Positions 9,991 to 15,875 of a DNA stretch of 35,584 nucleotides are shown here, in pieces; position 1 is the first letter of the stretch; the number at the start of each line of letters is the position of its first letter. The notes under the pieces are model-generated. The model did not search any database, was not told the DNA's origin, and saw nothing but the letters and a program-made list of their open reading frames with translations. The position numbers and the translations under genes are program-made. This DNA is from Anaerolineales bacterium (GTDB lineage: Bacteria; Chloroflexota; Anaerolineae; Anaerolineales; UBA6663): contig JANWXR010000003.1 in assembly GCA_025057205.1 (NCBI GenBank), positions 1-35,584 on the forward strand, given 5' to 3'.

Positions 9991-11055
9991 TTATTGTGTG
10001 ATTGAGCAATTGGGTAATTGAGTCAGTGGTCGCGCAGAGCGAGTTTTGAGCAAATGCAAGTTGATGTCATGAACCAACCCCGGCCCAGAGTACACCAGGC
10101 CGGTATAAAGCTGCACCAACGTCGCGCCGGCGTCGAGCTTTTCGAGCGCGTCATCGGGGCACAGGATGCCGCCCACGCCGATGATGGGCAGGTCGGTGCG
10201 GCGGGCGAGATAGCGGACGACGGCGGTGGACCGCGCGCGCAGCGGCTCGCCGCTCAGCCCACCCGACAGCGAGCGGGCGCGCGCCGGCAGCCCGTCGCGG
10301 CTGAGCGTGGTGTTGGTGGCGATCAGGCCGTCAACCCCGCAGGCGGTCGCGGCGGCCAGCGCGTCGTCGAGTTCGGCCTCGGTCAAATCCGGCGCGAGCT
10401 TCACAAGGAGGGGCGTGCGCCGCGGCAACCGGTCGCGCACCGCCGTCACGGCGCGCAGCAGGTCCTCGAGGAAGGCGCGCAGCTGCAACTGCCTCAGGCC
10501 CGGCGTGTTCGGGCTGCTGAGGTTGAGCGCCACGTAATCGGCGCATTCGTGGACTCGTTCGAGCAGCGCGCAGTAATCCTCGGCGGCGCGCTCAAGCGGC
10601 GTGTCGCGGCCTTTGCCGATGTTCACTCCGATACGTAGAAAGTAGCGAGTAGAAAGTAGGACTTTCCACTTTCTACTTTCTACCATCAACGCTTCAACCC
10701 CGTTGTTCGGAAACCCCATGGCATTCACCAGCGCCTGCGCTTCAGGCACGCGATGAACGCGCGGCTTCGGGTTGCCGGCCTGCGGCAGAAGCGTCACTGT
10801 GCCCACTTCGATGTGGCCAAAGCCGAGGGCCGCCAGCCCGCTCACCGCTACGCCGTTTTTGTCGTAGCCCGCCGCCAGCCCAACCCGATTCCTGAACCGC
10901 AGCCCGAAGGCCTCCACCTCCAGCCGCGGGTCGTTCACCTCGAACAGGGCGCGCAGCACCACGTCCGCAAACGGCAGACGCAGCGCGGCCAGCGTGAGCG
11001 CATGGGCGCGTTCAGGGTCGAGGCGGAAGAGGAGGGGACGCAGGGCGTGATACAT
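9991..11055 (-). CDS. pyrD: Dihydroorotate dehydrogenase (quinone), class 2
   Basis: The start is taken at the internal ATG 11055 (MYHALRPLLFRLDPERAH). Motifs include GFPNNG, NLSSPNTPGLRQLQ and IIGVGGI. The stop lies 4 nt before the purH ATG. Confidence 0.93.
   Translation of the reverse strand: MYHALRPLLFRLDPERAHALTLAALRLPFADVVLRALFEVNDPRLEVEAFGLRFRNRVGLAAGYDKNGVAVSGLAALGFGHIEVGTVTLLPQAGNPKPRVHRVPEAQALVNAMGFPNNGVEALMVESRKWKVLLSTRYFLRIGVNIGKGRDTPLERAAEDYCALLERVHECADYVALNLSSPNTPGLRQLQLRAFLEDLLRAVTAVRDRLPRRTPLLVKLAPDLTEAELDDALAAATACGVDGLIATNTTLSRDGLPARARSLSGGLSGEPLRARSTAVVRYLARRTDLPIIGVGGILCPDDALEKLDAGATLVQLYTGLVYSGPGLVHDINLHLLKTRSARPLTQLPNCSITQ
10635..10683. repeat. AT-rich nested palindrome (GTAGAAAGT / ACTTTCTAC) lying in-frame inside pyrD
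   Basis: The sequence is gtagaaagtagcgagtagaaagtaggactttccactttctactttctac. The 9-bp arms GTAGAAAGT/ACTTTCTAC sit inside outer GTAGAAA/TTTCTAC arms. It encodes the SRKWKVLLSTRYFL loop segment. A related GTGGAAAGTAGCGA motif is present at 19921-19934. Confidence 0.8.
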
Positions 11056-11098
11056 GACTCGGTGACGGGGTGACAGGGTGACGATTGTAATCACCCTC

Positions 11099-12553
11099 TC
11101 ACCCTGCCAGAAACGCCATGACTTCATCATACTGCGCCGCCGTCACCGCCCCGCTCTCGCGCCAGAGCGCCAGCAGCTCGCGCAGCGTGGTGACCGCGTG
11201 AAGCGTGTAACCCGCCGCCGCCAGCGCCTCGCGCGCGCCCTGTTCCCGGTCAATGAGCACGACGATGTCGCGCACCTTCAGACCGGCGGCCTCCAGCTTC
11301 TGAATGGCCTCGAGCTTCGTGTCGCCGGTGGTCGCCAGGTCGTCGAGCACGACGACGGTTTCACCCGCCGCGTAGTCGCCCTCGATGGCGGCCTTCGTCC
11401 CGTAGTCCTTCACCTCGCGGCGCGGGTAGAGGAGCGGGCGGTTCATCTCCAGCGCCACCGCCGTGCCGATAGGCAGCGCGGCGTACGGCAGGCCGGCCAG
11501 GCGGTCGAACCGCAGCCCGGCGAGCACGCCGGCGTAGGCGCGCGCGGCCAGTTTGAGGATGGGAGGATGAGAGATGAGACGGCGCAGATCGAGATAGATG
11601 GGCGATTGCAGGCCGGACTTGAGCGTGAAGCTGCCGAAGCGCACGCATTGCGAGTCGACCAGGGCCTGAGCGAGCCCGACGACGGCGGAACGCGGGCGGC
11701 TGACCGCCGTCTGCGGTCGGCGGCCTGCGGTCATCGCGTGGCGCATGCGCTCGATGGCATCGCGCCACTCCGCCGCCGCCCTGTTCCAGTTCGCGGCGCG
11801 GGAGATGGCGCGCGAGACCGGGATGAGCATCCCCGCGCCGTCGGCCCGCAGGCCCGCGCGCAGCGCCGTCTCCAGGTCGCCGCCCTGCGCGCCAATACCG
11901 GGAGCGAGGAGCCACACATCGGGCGAAAGGGCGCGCACGTGGCTCAATGCCTCCGGCTGCGTCGCGCCGACCACCAGGCCGACGTTGCCGTTGCGGTTCC
12001 ACTGCTGCGCCAGCAGGGCTACTTGCTCATACACCGTCCGCCCGTCTGCGAGCTTCAGGTCTTGCACGTCGCCCGCGCCGGGGTTCGACGTTTTGCACAG
12101 CAGAAAGACTCCGCGCTCGCGGTCGGCGAGGAACGGGGCGAGCGAATCCTCGCCGAGGTAGGGCGAGAGCGTGATGGCGTGCGCGCCGAGCTTCTCGAAG
12201 GCGGAGCGGGCGTAGGCCTCGGCGGTGGAAGCGATGTCGCCGCGCTTTGCGTCGAGGATGACGGGGGTGAGGGAGCCGGTGCGGTGCGACTCTTCCTGAA
12301 CGACCTCGATCACCCGCTTGAGCGCCGCCCACCCCTCCGGCCCATACAACTCGAAGAAGGCGGCGTTGGGCTTGTAGGCGGCGGCGTAGCGCGAGGTCTC
12401 GCGCACCAGGCGCACGCAGAAGTCGAGCGCGGCGTCTGCGTTGGCCTGCGGCAGGTCGTTGGGGTGCGGGTCGAGGCCAACGCACAGCAGCGAGTGCGTG
12501 ATGTGAACGCGGCGTTCCAAAAGAGAGAAGAACGTTTCCACTCGAAACCGCAA
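11099..12553 (-). CDS. pyrF-pyrE: Fused OMP decarboxylase (N-terminal, type 2) / orotate phosphoribosyltransferase (C-terminal)
   Basis: The N-terminal half has LLCVGLDPHP and ILDAKRGDIASTAEAYA. The C-terminal half has FGSFTLKSGLQSPIYLDLR and the PRPP loop VVVLDDLATTGDT. The track start at 12553 is TTG; the GTG at 12541 (METFFSLLERR) is an equally plausible start. Confidence 0.9.
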   Translation of the reverse strand: MRFRVETFFSLLERRVHITHSLLCVGLDPHPNDLPQANADAALDFCVRLVRETSRYAAAYKPNAAFFELYGPEGWAALKRVIEVVQEESHRTGSLTPVILDAKRGDIASTAEAYARSAFEKLGAHAITLSPYLGEDSLAPFLADRERGVFLLCKTSNPGAGDVQDLKLADGRTVYEQVALLAQQWNRNGNVGLVVGATQPEALSHVRALSPDVWLLAPGIGAQGGDLETALRAGLRADGAGMLIPVSRAISRAANWNRAAAEWRDAIERMRHAMTAGRRPQTAVSRPRSAVVGLAQALVDSQCVRFGSFTLKSGLQSPIYLDLRRLISHPPILKLAARAYAGVLAGLRFDRLAGLPYAALPIGTAVALEMNRPLLYPRREVKDYGTKAAIEGDYAAGETVVVLDDLATTGDTKLEAIQKLEAAGLKVRDIVVLIDREQGAREALAAAGYTLHAVTTLRELLALWRESGAVTAAQYDEVMAFLAG

Positions 12554-12597
12554 GAAAGGAAACGAGAAAAGGAGGGAAACCCGTTTCCCTCTTTTCC
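12550..12597 (-). terminator. Terminator-like hairpin between pyrB and pyrF-pyrE
   Basis: On the minus strand, GGAAAAGAGGGAAA-cggg-UUUCCCUC(C)CUUUUC forms an approximately 13-bp stem with one bulge (12597-12566). It is followed by CUCGUUUCCUUUCUUG and starts directly after the pyrB TAG. Confidence 0.35.
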
Positions 12598-13581
12598 CTA
12601 TGCCTTTCCAAGCACCATCGCCAGCAGCGCCATGCGCACGTACAGGCCGTACTCCATCTGGCGGAAGTAGGCGGCGCGCGGGTCGTCGTCTACTTCGGGC
12701 GAGATTTCGCCAACGCGCGGCAGTGGGTGCATCAGCACGAAGTTCGGCTTGGCGCGCTTCATCGTCTCGGCGGTGATGATGTACGAGCCTTTGACCGACT
12801 CGTACTCTTCCATGTTTTCGAAGCGTTCTTTCTGCACGCGGGTGACGTAGAGCACGTCGGTTTCGGGCAGCACGGCGTCGAGCGTGGTGTGTTCGGTCTG
12901 CGGCAGGCCGCGCTTGCGCAGCTGGGCGACCAGCTCCGGCGGCATCCGCAGGATTTCCGGCGAGACGTAGTTGACCTTGACGCGATAGAGCGCCAGCAGC
13001 TTGGCCAGCGAGTGCACGGTGCGCCCGTACTTCAGGTCGCCGAGCATGGTCACGGTCAGGCCGTCAATGCTGCCCAGCTCCTCGCGGATGGTGAACAGGT
13101 CGAGCAGGGCCTGTGTGGGGTGCTCGCCGATGCCGTCGCCGGCGTTGATGATGGGCTTGCGGGCGGCGTTGGCGGCGATGGCCGCCGAGCCGGTCTCCGG
13201 ATGGCGCAGCACGATGACGTCGGCGTAGCATTCCAGCGTGCGCACCGTATCGGTCAGCGATTCGCCCTTGGTCACCGACGAGTAGCGGACCTCGTTGATG
13301 GGGATGACGCTTCCGCCCAGCCGCTCCATCGCCGCCAGGAACGACGATGAGGTGCGCGTGCTCGGCTCGTAAAACAGGTTGGCGAGGATTTTGCCCTTGA
13401 GCAGGTCGAACGTGCCGATATGGGCGACCATGGTGCGCATGGCCTCGGCCACACCGAAGATGTACTCCAGGTCGTCACGGCTGAACTGCGACACGGACAA
13501 AATGTCCTTGCCGTAGAAACGCCCCGTGCGCTGATCGCCGAGGGGGAGATGGGTGTTGAGGAGGTGGGTTGGGAGAGTCAT
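12598..13581 (-). CDS. pyrB: Aspartate carbamoyltransferase catalytic chain
   Basis: The start is taken at ATG 13581 (MTLPTHLL). Motifs include [20 protein letters not shown] and LMHPLPRV. The upstream 33 codons of the ORF are encoded by heptamer repeats and were discarded. Confidence 0.95.
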   Translation of the reverse strand: MTLPTHLLNTHLPLGDQRTGRFYGKDILSVSQFSRDDLEYIFGVAEAMRTMVAHIGTFDLLKGKILANLFYEPSTRTSSSFLAAMERLGGSVIPINEVRYSSVTKGESLTDTVRTLECYADVIVLRHPETGSAAIAANAARKPIINAGDGIGEHPTQALLDLFTIREELGSIDGLTVTMLGDLKYGRTVHSLAKLLALYRVKVNYVSPEILRMPPELVAQLRKRGLPQTEHTTLDAVLPETDVLYVTRVQKERFENMEEYESVKGSYIITAETMKRAKPNFVLMHPLPRVGEISPEVDDDPRAAYFRQMEYGLYVRMALLAMVLGKA

Positions 13582-13583
13582 AG

Positions 13584-13625
13584 GATTTGAGATTTGAGAT
13601 TTGAGATTTGAGATTTTGGATTGGT
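13584..13625. repeat. Heptamer tandem array (GATTTGA)x4 plus two degenerate units, abutting the pyrB ATG
   Basis: The plus strand reads gatttga gatttga gatttga gatttga gattttg gattggt. On the mRNA strand this is (CAAAUCU)n-CAAAUCCU-AUG. Confidence 0.9.
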
Positions 13626-13627
13626 TC

Positions 13628-13711
13628 GTATTGCGTATTACGTATTGCGTAGCGCCCGGCGCTTTTCCGCAATTACGCAATACGCAATATGCTATACGCT
13701 ATACGCTATAC
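13628..13711. repeat. Heptamer-derived palindrome and (GCTATAC)x3 array overlapping the pyrC stop
   Basis: CGTATTGCGTA ... TACGCAATACG are 11-bp inverted arms around an inner GCGCC-c-GGCGC hairpin. They are followed by gctatac gctatac gctatac (13691-13711), which contains the pyrC TAG. Confidence 0.8.
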
Positions 13712-14772
13712 GAACTATTCATCACATCTCTGCCCGTCCCCGGTTGCGCCAGCACGCGTTCGCCGTCGTAGGCGAGCTGGCCGCGCAGGGTCACGGCGAT
13801 CACCCTGCCGCGCAGCCGCCAGCCAACGAACGGCGTCCAGCCGGCGCGCGAATACATCCGCGAGGCATCCGGTTGCCATTCGCAATCGGCATCCACCTCA
13901 ATCCACGTGTCCGGCTGCTCCGGCAGGTTGAAGATGCGGCGCGGGTTGGTGTGCATGCGGGCAAGGAGGTCTTCCAGCGTAAGCCGGCCCTGATGGGCGG
14001 CGGTGAGCCAGAGCGCCAGCGCGGTCTCCAAGCCGGGGAAGCCGGGCGGCGGCTTCTCGCTCTCCTTCTCGGCGCGGGTGTGCGGGGCATGGTCGGTGGC
14101 GAAGCAGTCAATGTCCGCGAGATGCGCCCAGAGCGCAGCCACGTCGGCCGGGGTCGCCAGGCGCGGGCGCACTTCGAGGTAGCCGGGCGCAAGGCCGCAG
14201 TCGTCCAGCGTCATGAACATGTGGTGCGGGCAGACCTCGCAGGTGACGGCGTAGCCCTTGTCCCTCGCGCGCGCAATCAGCTCGATCTCGTCCTTGCGGC
14301 TGACGTGGCAGATGTGGATGGAGCGCCCGGCCAGGTGCGCGGCCAGGATGGCCGAGGCGACGTGATGGCCCTCGGCGTGGGCAAGCAGCGGCGACTCTTT
14401 CGGCCAGCGCGCGCAGTGCTCGACGAGCAGACTGAGCGCGTCCATCTTCAAATCGCCGAAGGTCGAATCGAGGTACATCTTCATCCCCGCAACCTGCGGC
14501 GCAAAGCGTGCGGCGCTCTCCACGTTGCCCGGCCCGGCGCCGAAGTAGAGGCCGTAATCGCAACGGGCGCGGGCCTGCGCTGCGGCCTGATACTGCGCCA
14601 GCGCCGCGCCGTCGGTGATGGGCGGCTGGGTGTTCGGCATCGCCAGGATGGTGGTGATGCCGCCGGCCAGCGCAGCGGCGGTAGCCGAGTCCCAGTCTTC
14701 CTTGTGAGACTGGTTGAGGTCGCGCACATGCACATGTGGGTCTATCAGTCCGGGCAGGCGCAGGCGGGTCAT
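13699..14772 (-). CDS. pyrC: Dihydroorotase
   Basis: The start is taken at ATG 14772 (MTRLRLPGLIDPHVHVRD). Metal ligands are present: HxH, K in MKMYLD, HAEG, HICHVS and ATDHAPH. Confidence 0.9.
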   Translation of the reverse strand: MTRLRLPGLIDPHVHVRDLNQSHKEDWDSATAAALAGGITTILAMPNTQPPITDGAALAQYQAAAQARARCDYGLYFGAGPGNVESAARFAPQVAGMKMYLDSTFGDLKMDALSLLVEHCARWPKESPLLAHAEGHHVASAILAAHLAGRSIHICHVSRKDEIELIARARDKGYAVTCEVCPHHMFMTLDDCGLAPGYLEVRPRLATPADVAALWAHLADIDCFATDHAPHTRAEKESEKPPPGFPGLETALALWLTAAHQGRLTLEDLLARMHTNPRRIFNLPEQPDTWIEVDADCEWQPDASRMYSRAGWTPFVGWRLRGRVIAVTLRGQLAYDGERVLAQPGTGRDVMNSSYSV

Positions 14773-14776
14773 GGGC

Positions 14777-14804
14777 AAAAAAAGAGCCGACTCATCGTCG
14801 GCTC
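14777..14804 (-). terminator. Intrinsic terminator / attenuator immediately upstream of the pyrC ATG
   Basis: On the minus strand, GAGCCGAC-gauga-GUCGGCUC (14804-14784) is followed by U7 (14783-14777). The pyrC ATG lies 4 nt further on. Confidence 0.7.
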
Positions 14805-14866
14805 CGGGCAATCGGGGAAAGGGCGCTGCGGCGCAGCGCAGGGCAAAGGGTGTGACCTCGGTTCAT
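14792..14866 (-). promoter_or_regulatory. Candidate 24-codon leader ORF ending inside the attenuator loop
   Basis: The ORF atg aac cga ggt ... cgg agc cga cga tga translates to MNRGHTLCPALRRSALSPIARSRR*. Its TGA (14794-14792) sits in the terminator loop. The ATG lies 9 nt after the -10 box. Confidence 0.3.
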
Positions 14867-14875
14867 CGGCGCGGG

Positions 14876-14904
14876 ATTGTACGCGGAGCAAGGCGCGGAG
14901 TCAA
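14876..14904 (-). promoter_or_regulatory. Near-consensus sigma70-type promoter for the pyr array
   Basis: The minus strand reads TTGACT-17 nt-TACAAT (ttgactccgcgccttgctccgcgtacaat). It starts 1 nt after the TAA of the upstream DsbA-like gene. Confidence 0.5.
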
Positions 14905-14905
14905 G

Positions 14906-15628
14906 TTACGGGCCGAGCAGCGCGTCAATCCGCGTCTTGTACTCCTCGAAGTCAATCGGGTTAGTCACGCGCTGACCATTAATGAAGACGGTCGGCGTCC
15001 GGTCAACGCCCAGGCTGCGCGCCAGGGCTTCATCCTCCCTGACGGCTGCAGCATAGCGCCCGGAGTCCAGGCAGCTGTTGAACTGCCCCTGGTCCAGACC
15101 CAGCCGCTCGGCAAAAGCCTTCAATCGCGCATCGCGAAAATTGCCAGCGCCTTCGCCTCCGGCATTGGCAAACAGAATGGCATGATATTGCCAAAACCGG
15201 CCCTGCTCTCGCGCGCACTCGCTGGCCTCCGCCGCCCGGCGAGACTCGTTGCCGCCGCGATTGCCATCAATCACGATGAAATGCCGGAACTCGAGGCGCA
15301 CGCTCTTGCCGGCGTTGATGTACTCTTCCTTGATCCGGCGACCCGCGCCGGTAGCCAGAACGGCGCAGAACGGTCACTGGAAGTCGGAGAACTCCTGGAT
15401 GACCACGCGCGCATCGCGCGGGCCGAGCGCCTTTCCGTCTGCCAGAGAATAATCGGCCTCAGGCGGCGTGATGATCTCGCCCACCGGCTGCATGTCCTGG
15501 ATCAGGCGCGGCCCGATCAACACCGCCACCACCAATAGGACAACAACCGTCACTGCGCCGACTGCGACCATCTGGCGGCGGCGCTGTTGCTGTTGCCGCC
15601 GTTTACGAAGTTCTTCTCGTTTGCTCAT
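14906..15628 (-). CDS. Membrane-anchored DsbA-family thiol:disulfide oxidoreductase with in-frame TGA at the first CxxC position (candidate selenoprotein, U-P-F-C)
   Basis: Track ORFs 15374..15628 and 14906..15301 are in the same frame (468 nt apart). Read-through gives ...VVIQEFSDFQ-[TGA]-PFCAVLA...RLEFRHF...ECAREQGRFWQYHAILF...GVDRTPTVFINGQ. This is a complete DsbA/Thioredoxin_4 pattern, with the TGA (15376-15374) exactly where the nucleophilic Cys belongs. Confidence 0.75.
15335..15369 (-). promoter_or_regulatory. Candidate bacterial SECIS hairpin(s) downstream of the TGA
   Basis: Hairpin A spans +5 to +32 after UGA: UCUGCGCCG / CGGCGCGGG, about 9 bp including G-U pairs, with loop UUCUGGCUAC. 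Hairpin B spans +23 to +39: CCGGCG-cgggu-CGCCGG. The two are mutually exclusive, and both place G-rich apical loops about 15-35 nt from the UGA. Confidence 0.4.
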
Positions 15629-15636
15629 AGGCCAGG

Positions 15637-15642
15637 ATTATA
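15637..15642 (-). promoter_or_regulatory. Perfect TATAAT box 8 nt upstream of the DsbA-like ATG (leaderless-type arrangement)
   Basis: The minus strand reads gagTATAATcctggcctATG. No convincing -35 was found. Confidence 0.35.
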
Positions 15643-15840
15643 CTCAATCCATCGCAGAGTGCACTGAAAGAACTCACCACTCAAGACGTGCGCCTTTAAC
15701 TCGACCGACGAAAAAGCCTCCCTCTCCTATTCCCCGATTCTGGAGCCGCTAAGCCGCGTCGCCCATCGCGGCGGAGCAACCATTGAGCACGAGCGCAACG
15801 ACGATCTGAAGCACGGCGCTGCTGAAACGTTGCTGCGTTT

Positions 15841-15868
15841 GAAAACAAAAAGCGCCTTGCCGCGCTTG
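15841..15868 (-). terminator. Rho-independent terminator after the TPR gene
   Basis: On the minus strand, AAGCGC-ggcaag-GCGCUU is followed by UUUGUUUUC. It begins 8 nt after the stop at 15876. Confidence 0.6.
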
Positions 15869-15875
15869 CACGCCA

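Noticed and set aside
11078-14964. Very long plus-strand ORFs (11078-12670, 530 aa; 12727-13350; 13621-14964, 447 aa) opposite pyrF-pyrE, pyrB and pyrC.
   Set aside because: Their products are Arg/Ala/Gly-rich low-complexity sequence with no recognisable motifs. The minus-strand frames encode complete, motif-perfect enzymes. These are typical shadow ORFs of high-GC DNA.
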